64,000 nt of DNA. Source: an uncultured Actinomycetota bacterium. Lineage in GTDB: Bacteria; Actinomycetota; Actinomycetes; JAHEKZ01. Positions 40,969 through 50,612 of the stretch are shown here, piece after piece. The position numbers and the translations under genes were made by a program. Location of the stretch: assembly GCA_963726755.1 (NCBI GenBank), contig CAVSDB010000001.1:1407384-1471383 (forward strand), written 5' to 3'. The notes beneath the pieces are model-generated. The model was not told where the DNA came from and did no database searches. It saw only the letters and a list, made by a program, of their open reading frames with translations. Numbering within the stretch: the first letter of the stretch is position 1; every line of letters starts with the position of its first letter.

Positions 40969-41568
40969 ATGGGGATCATCACTACGGGTTTTCAAGGGCG
41001 CCGAAGCGGCAACGACGAGAAGCTTCCTCCTGGGCAGTACCTCACGGCGGACTTCCCTGTCCTATCTGCTGGCCCGACACCGCAGGTCCCGCTGGACGAC
41101 TGGAAATTCACCATCCGCACCGAGTCGGGCGAAGTCCACGACTGGTCTTGGAGCCAGTTCGCCGCGCTTCCCAGTGAGACAGTCACAGTAGACATCCACT
41201 GCGTCACGCGCTGGACCAAACTCGACACCGACTGGCGCGGCGTTTCGTTGGACACCCTTTTGGCGGACGTCGAGACCGCTGCTGACTTCGCTCTCGTGCG
41301 CAGCTACGGCGGGTACACCACCAACCTCCCACTGGAGGATCTGCTCGACGGGCAAGCATGGGTCGCCTTTGACTTCGAAGGTGAACAGCTGACTCCGGAG
41401 CACGGTGGCCCGGCTCGGTTACTTGTGCCGCACCTGTACTTCTGGAAGTCGGCCAAATGGGTCAAGGGCATCGACCTACTTCTTCAAGACGACCCTGGCT
41501 TTTGGGAGCAGCTCGGCTACCACGACTATGGCGACCCCTGGCGCGAACAGCGTTATCAGGGGGACTGA
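40969..41568 (+). CDS. Cytoplasmic sulfite-oxidase-family molybdoenzyme (YuiH/MsrP-like)
   Basis: Motifs LPPGQY, Mo-ligand Cys in DIHCVTRW, GYTTNLPL, HGGPARLLVPHLYFWKSAKWV, GFWE; no Tat signal. Confidence 0.9.
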   Translation: MGIITTGFQGRRSGNDEKLPPGQYLTADFPVLSAGPTPQVPLDDWKFTIRTESGEVHDWSWSQFAALPSETVTVDIHCVTRWTKLDTDWRGVSLDTLLADVETAADFALVRSYGGYTTNLPLEDLLDGQAWVAFDFEGEQLTPEHGGPARLLVPHLYFWKSAKWVKGIDLLLQDDPGFWEQLGYHDYGDPWREQRYQGD

Positions 41569-41570
41569 CC

Positions 41571-42293
41571 GTGCGTCGTAGTTGGCGGCCCGCCGTGCTT
41601 TTGGACCGGCGAACCGAGTCGTCCAGCGCCTACACGCTCGGACTCGGAGTTGAGGGATGGTCCGGCCACTTGCCGGGACAACACATCGACATGCGGCTTA
41701 CTGCGCCGGACGGCTATCAGGCTGCTCGCAGTTACTCGCTCGCTGCCCCCTCCGCAGGAGGCCGTCTCGAGGTAACGATCCAGCGGATAGCTGGCGGCGA
41801 GGTCTCGCCGTTTCTCGTCGAGGACTTCGCAGTCGGCGACCAGGTGGAGGTCCGCGGCCCGTTCGGTGGCTGGTTTGTCTGGCGCCCCGATGCGGTGGGA
41901 GCAGTTCTACTCGTCGCCGGCGGGTCAGGCGTCGTTCCCCTGATGTCGATGGTGCGGGCACGAGATGGCGTCAACTCAGCACCGTTCCGGCTCGTGTACT
42001 CGGTCCGTAGCCCTGAGGACCGCATTTATGCGGACGAACTCCACCGCCGTTCGCAACAAGACGACAACTTGGACCTCGCCTACATCTACACACGGACATC
42101 GACGACACACGATCCACGAAAGCCGGGACGGTTACGGGCCGAGGATCTGGTTGCCCACGGGTGGGGACCTGAATTTTCTCCGACCTGTTACGTCTGTGGA
42201 CCAACTGGTTTCGTCGAAGCTGTGGCGAGCCTGCTCGTGACCGCTGGCCACGACCCGAAACAAATTCGGACCGAGAGGTTCGGCGGCGACTGA
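41571..42293 (+). CDS. Ferredoxin-NADP reductase-like FAD/NAD(P) oxidoreductase
   Basis: Motifs PGQHID, RSYSLA, GEVS, RGPFG, AGGSGVVPLMSM, YVCGP, ERFG; no 2Fe-2S domain. Confidence 0.9.
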   Translation: MRRSWRPAVLLDRRTESSSAYTLGLGVEGWSGHLPGQHIDMRLTAPDGYQAARSYSLAAPSAGGRLEVTIQRIAGGEVSPFLVEDFAVGDQVEVRGPFGGWFVWRPDAVGAVLLVAGGSGVVPLMSMVRARDGVNSAPFRLVYSVRSPEDRIYADELHRRSQQDDNLDLAYIYTRTSTTHDPRKPGRLRAEDLVAHGWGPEFSPTCYVCGPTGFVEAVASLLVTAGHDPKQIRTERFGGD

Positions 42294-42310
42294 CACGAGA
42301 GGATGGCACG

Positions 42311-42589
42311 ATGACACCCCAAGCTCACTACGACGGAAACGCATTGGCGGGACCGCTTTCGGACGTTTTCGCGACTGAGGTCACGACCGCACTGGCCCGT
42401 TGCGGCGGTTGCGGTTTGTCGTCGCCGGTCGCGACGCTCATCGTGTACGGACCCGACCCCGGCCATGTCGCGAGGTGTCCTGGCTGTTCAGACGTCTTGC
42501 TGAGGGTGGTTCGAACCACGACGGCAGTCTGGTTAGACCTCAGTGGAATGACCGGACTCAGGATTGGTCTGTCGGCTGGCTCACGCTGA
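42311..42589 (+). CDS. DUF6510-type small zinc-ribbon protein
   Basis: Motifs DGNALAGPL, CGGCG, ARCPGC, WLDLSG. Confidence 0.8.
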   Translation: MTPQAHYDGNALAGPLSDVFATEVTTALARCGGCGLSSPVATLIVYGPDPGHVARCPGCSDVLLRVVRTTTAVWLDLSGMTGLRIGLSAGSR

Positions 42590-42601
42590 GAGAGGCGGCC
42601 G

Positions 42602-43996
42602 TCAGACAGCGAACGCTGACCGGAACTTCTCGTAGTCCTGTTCGTTTTGATCGGCATAGGCCACCGAGTAACGGACCATGGCCTCATCAAAGACCCGGCC
42701 TTTACCGATGTAGCCCTGGATTGCCATCGAGTCTCCCGACCTAGCGTGCGCACGGGCTAGCGATCGTGCACACAGCGCGCCATAGCGTGACAACAGATGA
42801 GCAGACATCGTGGTTACATCGAACGACCCTTTGGCGTCGCGGAACTGGCGCACGTAGTAACTAGCGCCGGACTTCGTGGTGAAGCTGCCGAGGAACGGGT
42901 CCGATGCTGCCTGGATCAGCAACTGGCCAGCGACGACCCGGGCACCAGGCGTGCGGAACCGGCTCTTAGGCAGTCCCTCCTCGAAGACCGACGGCACTGC
43001 TTGCTTGATCTGCAGGATAAACGGATCGGCCATACGTCGTCCCTGCAACAGCACGATGTAGCACTCAGTCCCCACGCTGCCCACTCCGACGACCTTGCGG
43101 GCGACGTCGAGCACCTCGTAGCGACCCATAAGCACCTTGAGGTGGGCTGGGAGCGACCGCTGGTACTTGGTGACGATCTGTTCGATTTCGGCTCCTAGCG
43201 AGCCGGTGAACTCCTGGGGCAGGTCACTGAGTCGTACCAGGATCGGTGGAGTGTTCTGGAACACCGGGTCCGGGCCAGCGCGATCGACGAGTTTGGCGTA
43301 GGCCCGGAGTGCGGTGTTTCGGCTTGCCCGCGACATGGTTGCCCTCACCACTGCGGCCATCTCTGGGTCGTTCACCGCGAGATCCCGGACCTCGCTCATG
43401 CGAATCCTTGAGTACCAAATGTCGGCGTCGCTCATCACGGCATAGTCACCCAGCGCATCGCGATAGCCAGCGACGGCATCGCGTACCAGTTGAGCTGAAC
43501 CCTTGCCGCTTATCCCGACGCTACGTCCGCCTACGACCAGGCTCACGAGCAACCGCTTGAGGTCGAACTCCCACGGTCCGGGCAGCGTCTCGTCGAAGTC
43601 GTTGGCGTCGAAGACCAGTTCTCGATTGGGGGCGGCGTAGAGACCGAAGTTTGCGATGTGCGCGTCGCCGCACAACTGCACGTATAGGCCGGTGTTGGGC
43701 GTATGCGTTAGATCCCACGCCATCAGGGCTGCGGCACCACGGAAGAACGAGAACGGGTCGGCACTCATGCGCTCATGTCGCAGCGGCACCAAGTCGACGA
43801 GGCGATCCTGCTCTTGGTGGGCAAGCAGGACCACCGGGTCCGGTCGGTTGGCCGCGGGCTCCCAGTCGCCGTGTGACGAACGAGGTATGTCGACTCGCTT
43901 GGAGCGGCCGACGAGAACGCGCTCCCCTGTGCTGACAGTCGCATGGCCGAGCGGGCTGGCAACCCGACGATCGAAGCGGTTCACAGTACCCGCCAT
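42602..43996 (-). CDS. DUF2252 family protein
   Basis: Motifs RHERMSADPFSFFRGAA, CGDAHIANFG, NDFDET, KVVGVGSVGT, LARAHARSGD. Confidence 0.88.
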   Translation of the reverse strand: MAGTVNRFDRRVASPLGHATVSTGERVLVGRSKRVDIPRSSHGDWEPAANRPDPVVLLAHQEQDRLVDLVPLRHERMSADPFSFFRGAAALMAWDLTHTPNTGLYVQLCGDAHIANFGLYAAPNRELVFDANDFDETLPGPWEFDLKRLLVSLVVGGRSVGISGKGSAQLVRDAVAGYRDALGDYAVMSDADIWYSRIRMSEVRDLAVNDPEMAAVVRATMSRASRNTALRAYAKLVDRAGPDPVFQNTPPILVRLSDLPQEFTGSLGAEIEQIVTKYQRSLPAHLKVLMGRYEVLDVARKVVGVGSVGTECYIVLLQGRRMADPFILQIKQAVPSVFEEGLPKSRFRTPGARVVAGQLLIQAASDPFLGSFTTKSGASYYVRQFRDAKGSFDVTTMSAHLLSRYGALCARSLARAHARSGDSMAIQGYIGKGRVFDEAMVRYSVAYADQNEQDYEKFRSAFAV

Positions 43997-44006
43997 AGAA
44001 GGACGT

Positions 44007-44642
44007 TCAATCGAGAATTCTCCTGACCTCTGCACCGATCAAGTCCGCCGCCGCTTGATGACCGGCCGGTTCCCAGTGCCAGGGATCGACATCGCTCGGC
44101 TCGACCGCTGTGGACAGGTCGACGTAGTGACACTTCAATCGCTCCACAAGTCGTCGGTACTCGTCGACAAGATCGACCGAGCGCTCGCGAGCCCCCGGGC
44201 TCTCCCGTTCATCGTCCGCACCGAGCGCGCCGACTACGTGCGGGGCAACGAGCAGCGGTAGGGGTGCGACACCCGGCTTGGGACCAAACTCGTCGCATCG
44301 GCGAATGATGGTTATCAACTCGCCTGCGCCGGCTGCGATTTCAGCCGCAGATACGTACGGCAATGCGACGTCGTTAGTTCCCAGCAGCACGACGACAACG
44401 TCGAGCGGAGCGCAGACTTCGATCGTCGGGACTAAGAGATCCTTGCCGTTTCGCCAGGCGCGAGGCAGGACGTCGAACACTGTTGTTCGCCCATTCAAGC
44501 CCGCCTCGTACACGGCGACTTCGGGTCCAAGGTGATCGGCCATGACGCTGGGCCATCGCACATCTGAGCCAAAGCGCCCGGTATCCGAGCCGGGGATAGC
44601 CCCCCACGTGTTGGAGTCGCCGAAGCAGAGGACGGACTTCAT
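44007..44642 (-). CDS. SGNH/GDSL hydrolase
   Basis: Motifs CFGDSNTWG, GLNGRTT, LGTND, DPWH. Confidence 0.88.
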   Translation of the reverse strand: MKSVLCFGDSNTWGAIPGSDTGRFGSDVRWPSVMADHLGPEVAVYEAGLNGRTTVFDVLPRAWRNGKDLLVPTIEVCAPLDVVVVLLGTNDVALPYVSAAEIAAGAGELITIIRRCDEFGPKPGVAPLPLLVAPHVVGALGADDERESPGARERSVDLVDEYRRLVERLKCHYVDLSTAVEPSDVDPWHWEPAGHQAAADLIGAEVRRILD

Positions 44643-44718
44643 CCCGCGAATCTATCGCCGATTTGAAATCACGCGGAGAATCGCCAGTATCGAATCCTCA
44701 ACACGGAGGTGGCGCGTC

Positions 44719-45849
44719 ATGGGTCCGGGAGCCGTCGGGATCGAGCCTTTCAGCATCAAGGTCGAGAACGACGTTTTGGACGACCTCCATGCCCGGATCC
44801 GGCGCACGCGCTGGCCACAGGAGGCACCTGGAGAGCCGTGGAGTCAGGGCACCGATCTCACCTACCTGAAACGACTCCTTGAATATTGGGCAGACGGGTT
44901 TGATTGGCGTGCTCAGGAGCGGCGGCTCAATACCTATGAGCAGTACGTCACCGACATCGACGGCCATCAAGTCCACTTCGTCCACCGGCGTCGCTCGCCG
45001 AGCGGAATTCCGATCGTGCTCACGCACGGTTGGCCGAGCACCTTCGTCGAAATGCTTCCGCTGCTTGATCGCCTCGAGGATTTCGACGTTGTCGTACCGT
45101 CGCTGCCCGGTTACGCGTTCTCGTCTCGTCCCGAAGACACCGCAGTCGACTACACATATGTCGCCGGCGTCTGGCACGAACTGATGCATCGTCTCGGGTA
45201 CGAGCGTTACGGCGCCTGTGGTGGCGACTTCGGAGCTGGCGTGGCCAGTTACCTGGCGGCTACACAGCCTGATCGAATGATCGGCATCCACCTGTCGACC
45301 CCGGAACTTGAGCCCGTCGTTGGTGCGGACTCACGACCACTCTCGGCGGCAGAGCGTGCATATGTTGAGCACCTCGAAAGTTGGGCGGAGCGCGAGAGAG
45401 GCTACAGCGCTATCCAGTCAACGAAACCGCAAACTCTTGGGTACGGCCTGAACGACTCCCCCGTCGGTCTGGCTGCTTGGCTGACGGAGAAGTGGAGGTC
45501 TTGGGCCGACACTGGGGGTGACATCGACGGCACGATCGGCCGGGACTTCCTCTTGACCACCATCACTCTGTACTGGGTGACTGAATCGATAACCACTTCC
45601 ATGCGCGACTACTACGACAACCGCTGGCACGGAAATGACCTTGGATCCGTCCGAATCGACACCCCGACGGCGATGGCGGTCTTCGCCAACGAGTTCGTCC
45701 CCGAAGGAACGCCGCCGCGAGAGTGGTACCAGCGGCTCTACAACCTCACTCGCTGGACCGAATTCGACCGAGGGGGCCACTTCGCGTCCATCGAACAACC
45801 CGATGACCTTGCCCGAGACATCACCACGTTCTTCGCTGGCTTGACCTAG
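44719..45849 (+). CDS. Epoxide hydrolase (microsomal EHN type, alpha/beta hydrolase)
   Basis: Motifs FDWRAQERRLN, HGWP, PSLPGYAFS, GGDFG, DSPVGLAAW, GGHFA; start ATG 44719 after GGAGG. Confidence 0.9.
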   Translation: MGPGAVGIEPFSIKVENDVLDDLHARIRRTRWPQEAPGEPWSQGTDLTYLKRLLEYWADGFDWRAQERRLNTYEQYVTDIDGHQVHFVHRRRSPSGIPIVLTHGWPSTFVEMLPLLDRLEDFDVVVPSLPGYAFSSRPEDTAVDYTYVAGVWHELMHRLGYERYGACGGDFGAGVASYLAATQPDRMIGIHLSTPELEPVVGADSRPLSAAERAYVEHLESWAERERGYSAIQSTKPQTLGYGLNDSPVGLAAWLTEKWRSWADTGGDIDGTIGRDFLLTTITLYWVTESITTSMRDYYDNRWHGNDLGSVRIDTPTAMAVFANEFVPEGTPPREWYQRLYNLTRWTEFDRGGHFASIEQPDDLARDITTFFAGLT

Positions 45850-45987
45850 CCAGTCGCATCGCAAATCCCTAGCTGGGTCTCCATCGAGCTGGGCGAACAT
45901 GACTGAGATGTCTCGCAGGTAGTGATTGACCGTTGCATTCCGCTTTACCGAGTCAGGGGTGAGCCTCTTGAAGTAGCCCCTGATCGG

Positions 45988-46455
45988 CTAAGAGAGTTCC
46001 GCGCTTGGCTCACCATCGTTTCGGGCTTCTATCGCGCTGATGGTCTTTCGGTACGCCCCGGCCAAGTAGCGTTTGCCGACGAGCCTGGTGACTATCGCGA
46101 GCACATGTCCTTTGAAGCTCTTGCCGTTGCGCACCACGACGATGTCCACGTTGGTCGTCCGGTTGGGCTCCCGTGTGAGCGTGAATGTGTGCCCGGAGCC
46201 AGGGCCCCACACATTGGAATCGGTGGTCGTCAGGACAACGCGGTTGGGATCGGACCAGTCGTAGTGCAGGCGTTCCCAGATGCCGCGTGAGCCCTCTGTG
46301 ACATCGGCGTGACCGAGGCCTTGGTCGTGCACCTTGAGATACCCGTCGGCGCTGTTACCAAAGATCTCCGCACGGCCCGGACCGAAGTCGGTAAGGCCAG
46401 CTACGAACTGCTCGGGCGTCGCGGTCGTCGATTCGTTGAGGTGAATCGTGGGCAT
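45988..46455 (-). CDS. SRPBCC-like conserved hypothetical protein
   Basis: Motifs LTDFGPGRAEIF, ADVTEGS, WERLHYDWSDP; GAGGAG RBS. Confidence 0.7.
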   Translation of the reverse strand: MPTIHLNESTTATPEQFVAGLTDFGPGRAEIFGNSADGYLKVHDQGLGHADVTEGSRGIWERLHYDWSDPNRVVLTTTDSNVWGPGSGHTFTLTREPNRTTNVDIVVVRNGKSFKGHVLAIVTRLVGKRYLAGAYRKTISAIEARNDGEPSAELS

Positions 46456-46511
46456 GACAACTCCTCGATTCCAAACTAGTGCAGCATACCGAGAGCAATG
46501 TTGGTCAGCAC

Positions 46512-48008
46512 CTACTCGGGGTGGTTCGTGAGCTTTCGATTGATCTCGCCGATGAGGAACGGATTGCGGACATTCATGTACGACATGTGCGTCATGAGTC
46601 CGTTGGCTGCATGGGCAAGGATGTGACAGTGGAACATCCAGTCACCTGGGTTGTCCGTCGTTATCTGGACGACGAACGTCTGACCCGGGTGCACCTCTAA
46701 TGTGTCCACCCACCACGGGGCACCATCCGAGGGGTGTCCATTTCGTGAGAGCACCAGCATGTGATGTCCGTGTAAGTGCATCGGGTGATCGACACTGGTG
46801 GTGTTCTTGAACTCAACACGCACCGTCTCGTGTGGCTTCACCATGAACATCGGAACGTGCGGGATGAGTTCGTGGTCGATGGTGAACCAATTGCCGTACT
46901 TGCCGTCGAGCCACCCAAGCTTTTGACCAATGACGTACTGAAACCGTCGGTCCGGCCGCGGCGTCGTCACTGTCGGATCGGGCGTGCCGTAGTGCAACGG
47001 GTCAAGTCTCTTCCGGGGTGTAGAGCAGGAGGCGACCCACCGCCAAGTACGAGACTTGGACCACCCACAACACCGACGCGTGCGGACGAGGGTCCTGGGT
47101 CGAGCACAATGTCTACCCGACCTGCGGCTGGCACTTCGACGTAAGTGTCAGAGTCGATCGTTGTGGGGCCGTTAACGTCAACGCCGTCTACCGCAGTCAC
47201 CTGGTAAGGAACGCTCGAGGCGACGAACATCGCGCTCTGATTGGTGTTGATGAAGCGGATCCGCCGGTCTGCCACACCACCAGTGACCGTCTTGCGCGCC
47301 GGTCTGACCGTTGATGGTGTTGCGCCCTCGGTAACTGTGCACCAACGCCGTGACGTCCGATCCTGGCGTCGGAGACCCGTTCGGTTGGATGACAACAGCA
47401 CCAACGAGCCCTTGAGTCACCTGTTGCTGCGCGTACTGGTGCGAGTGATACCAGTACGTTCCAGCGTTCGTAGCCCGAAATCGGTAGACGAACTGCTTGC
47501 CGGGCAGCACGGCGTTTTGCGTCACGCCCGCGACGCCGTCCTCGCCGTTAGGAATGTCCATGCCATGCCAGTGGATTGTGGTTCCCGCTGGAATGTTTCG
47601 GTTCTTCAGCACGACCCGGACAAGGTCCCCTTGCTCAGCAAAGACTGTTGGACCCGGACTTGATCCGTTAATTGTGTAAACACGCTGCCGGTGTCCGGCA
47701 ACGTTTGCTTGCTGGTAGGCAGCGGTGAACGTGTACGAGACGTCAGGCGTCCCCGTCGGCCCTACCAGGTTCGCCACGCTGCGGATAGGTCCATGATATT
47801 TGCGGCTGCCGCCGCCGTAGTCGTGCATCCCCATGTCGTGGATCGAGTACGACGGCGGCATGAGGCTGTCGCGACAGCTCTGTTGCTGCATGTGTGGATG
47901 GGCGTGCTTACAGGGACTCGATGAGAACGCCGGTGCAACCAGCACAACGCCGATGGCGGCGAGTGACAGAGCACTCACCGCCATCGACGATACGGCTGGT
48001 CTACGCAT
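46512..48008 (-). CDS. Secreted multicopper oxidase (two frameshifts)
   Basis: All four Cu motifs present: TIHWHG, YWYHSH, HPMHLHGH, WMFHCHILAHAANGLM; distributed over three ORFs. Confidence 0.87.
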
Positions 48009-48014
48009 AAGGAC

Positions 48015-48869
48015 TTAGGACGCCATCTGCAGACGCCACATGCCCATCATGGCGTGCGGGACTCCGTCCTGCTCCTCACTCGGCATCCAGCAGATCAGCA
48101 AGTACTTGCCCTTGGCGACGTCTTGACGGTGCACCGTCTTGACACCAGGAGACTGAACATCAAAGAAAAAGCCTCCTGGGCGTAGCCACTTAGGATCCTT
48201 GTGCGACATAAGCCCCTTGCTGACGTCCTTCGACGTAGTGCTCTTGGCGACGCGATCCGCCTCCATGAAGTGAACCTCATGCGCCTTGTTGGTGAAGCTC
48301 ACCCAGGGACCAGAAAGATCGCCAGATGTTCCCCACTGGTTCTGCGGCGTCGCCCAGATTTCGCTGTCAGGATGGGCGAACTTCGCAGTTCGGCTATCGC
48401 CATTCAACTTGAAGGTCGTCATCTTGTTGGTCTTGGTGTCGATCATGTAATACGAACCCTTTGAAAGCTTCACCTGCCAATGAGTTCCCACAGCCCCGCC
48501 GCCGTAAAGGGTTGCCGAGTTGTCGAACTTCTTCATGGCGTCAGCGCTGCCTGGGCCACCACCGATGGCCGTGCCCAACAACTGGAAGGACCGGTTGAGA
48601 TCCTTGGTCTCCAGGATCACCAAAGACGAACCCTTATGGGCGGTCTTTGTCACCCGAAACTCGGTCACCCCCGGGTGGAATTTCTGATCGCTCATCACGA
48701 CTTTGTGGTCAGTGCTCTTGATCTTGACAATCTTGGGTTTCCCCGGGGCGCCGGGGCGCGCAGCCACTCCCTTGGTCCCGGCCGACGCCGCGGTTGATTC
48801 GATTGCTAGTCCCGTCGCGGCCAGCGCAACCGCGATCGCCAGCGCGGATACTTTGGTATGGAACCTCAC
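48015..48869 (-). CDS. Secreted cupredoxin-like protein
   Basis: Signal peptide; FTNKAHEVHFM and the C-terminal type-1 Cu-like motif YLLICWMP...HAMMGM. Confidence 0.7.
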   Translation of the reverse strand: MRFHTKVSALAIAVALAATGLAIESTAASAGTKGVAARPGAPGKPKIVKIKSTDHKVVMSDQKFHPGVTEFRVTKTAHKGSSLVILETKDLNRSFQLLGTAIGGGPGSADAMKKFDNSATLYGGGAVGTHWQVKLSKGSYYMIDTKTNKMTTFKLNGDSRTAKFAHPDSEIWATPQNQWGTSGDLSGPWVSFTNKAHEVHFMEADRVAKSTTSKDVSKGLMSHKDPKWLRPGGFFFDVQSPGVKTVHRQDVAKGKYLLICWMPSEEQDGVPHAMMGMWRLQMAS

Positions 48870-48899
48870 GTGATGTCCCTTCGTTGTCGACCTACCCCC

Positions 48900-49215
48900 C
48901 TCACCGAGAGGAGGACCGAAATCACATCAGCGACTTCGGAGTTGGCCCCATCTTTTCGGGGGAACGTTCCGAGATCGTTACGAGAGCGGATGGGTATAGG
49001 AACGAGTTGGTCAGAGGTCGCGATCGCGTCCTCGTGGAGGAAACCTATGTCCAGCTTCATGTACGAAAAACCGTTCGACCGCGCCTGAACGACAAGTGCT
49101 TCGGCGCCGCCGTCCAAGGCCCGTACCTGATATCGAAGTCTCGTACGCCTCCGGCGTCGATGCCTCACGTATCTCGTCGTGGTTCGTCAACTTTCGACTG
49201 ATCTCGGTAGTGAGA
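48900..49215 (-). pseudogene. Degenerate GNAT acetyltransferase fragment
   Basis: AEALVVQARSNGFSYMKLDIGFLHEDAIA resembles the GNAT C-terminal half; no intact N-terminus. Confidence 0.35.
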
Positions 49216-49221
49216 CAGCTG

Positions 49222-50331
49222 TCAGCGCACCCGGTTGATGAACACTTGCGTCTTCAACCATTTTCGGTAGACGCTCATCTTTGTCGGCGACTCATCCAGC
49301 GGCCAGTACACGTTGGGGTCCGAGTTTGCAGTTGAGTTGAAGTATGAGATAGCCACCACCTTGCTCCGGTTGTGAGCCGCCCATTGCAAAGACCGGTTCA
49401 GCCACGACGCCCCGCTGACATTGCCGAACTTGCTGGTGGCTCCGGTTTCACCGAGCCCGATCATCATTCCCTTGTGTCCGTGTCGACCAAGCCAGCGGTC
49501 AACCTGAGGCAAGCGTTGTCCGTAAGCCTTGCCGCTGCTGTTCTGGTACAGGTCGACACCCATGAAGTCCGAGCGACGCAGCACACTCCTGGGAAGCCAG
49601 GCGTTGGCATCTTGCGAGTTATGGGGATCGAACAACCACGAGACCGGGAGCGGTGCCAGCGAGACTCGTTTGAGTGCATGAGCCCGCTGGAGAACGTCGT
49701 GGAACCGGTTGAATCCGCGTGCCCACCAGTGACCCTGAGCGTCGGGCAGGTTGTTGGACATCTCATGGTCGAAGGACAAGAAGAGTGGCCTTCTGTCGTT
49801 GTGCTTAAGCACTGTTGCAAGTTGACGGATGTCGTGGTCGTACTTGCCGAGCCCAACGTCGCGCCAACCATCTGGGGTGCCGCGAGGGCCTTCAATCGAG
49901 ATCCACGGAAGCCGGTGCTTGCGGCGATCCTCGCGGATACTTTCGGCAACCCCGCCCCAGTTGCCCCACTTCTTGAACGAACGCTTCAGGCCGAAATTCA
50001 TCCCGAGCTGCGACTCTTTTTGCGGACACTGCTCACCACACGACATCCCCAAATAGATGCGACCGGGGCGATAGCCCGGGAAATGTGACCTCGCCTTTCC
50101 TTTCGCAACCATCGCGCCACTTCCAGCTTGTGTTTCAGCGGCAACTGACGAAGCCGGTGTCGACGAGGTGTTCGCGGCGCTAGTTCCCGCGAGTGAAGCA
50201 ACCAAGACTCCAGTGGTGACCAGAACGGTGAGGGTGATTCCGCTCCGACGCGGCCCGCCTCGGTGCGGTCGGGCATGCAACTTTCGAGTCTCGTCGTTGG
50301 CAGCAGCGGAATCTTGGCCGTGGCAAGGCAA
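49222..50331 (-). CDS. Secreted GH26-like glycoside hydrolase
   Basis: TM/signal segment; motifs LPWIS, GKYD, SFDHEM (acid/base Glu), DFMGVDLY, LGETG (nucleophile Glu); TTG start after AGGAG. Confidence 0.7.
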   Translation of the reverse strand: MPCHGQDSAAANDETRKLHARPHRGGPRRSGITLTVLVTTGVLVASLAGTSAANTSSTPASSVAAETQAGSGAMVAKGKARSHFPGYRPGRIYLGMSCGEQCPQKESQLGMNFGLKRSFKKWGNWGGVAESIREDRRKHRLPWISIEGPRGTPDGWRDVGLGKYDHDIRQLATVLKHNDRRPLFLSFDHEMSNNLPDAQGHWWARGFNRFHDVLQRAHALKRVSLAPLPVSWLFDPHNSQDANAWLPRSVLRRSDFMGVDLYQNSSGKAYGQRLPQVDRWLGRHGHKGMMIGLGETGATSKFGNVSGASWLNRSLQWAAHNRSKVVAISYFNSTANSDPNVYWPLDESPTKMSVYRKWLKTQVFINRVR

Positions 50332-50612
50332 GGGAAACTCCTGATGGGGTTTGGGATTTGGCTTTGGTCTGGCAGCGCCCCCCAACGCTCCGACCACAAC
50401 ACCATGCCAAACTCGCCCCGCCCATCCAAATCGCCACGGTAAACTGCTGGTCAGAGCCCCTATCGGCGTGTCGGAATGCTTGTCCATACGTGGGTAACCA
50501 CGGCTCGGCCCCACTGTGCATTCACACCACAACGCAAGGCAACGAGCCGTTTCTGGACAGGTATGAAGATCTCGATGCCACGCCAGTTGCGAATTAGTGT
50601 CCTAACACCTCT

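Noticed and set aside
50332-50612. Riboswitch (c-di-AMP/ydaO) or short TTTGG repeat array upstream of the GH26-like gene; Rex box at TGTGCATTCACA
   Set aside because: No recognisable ydaO consensus segments; the TTTGG run is short and irregular; the palindrome has the wrong spacing for Rex.
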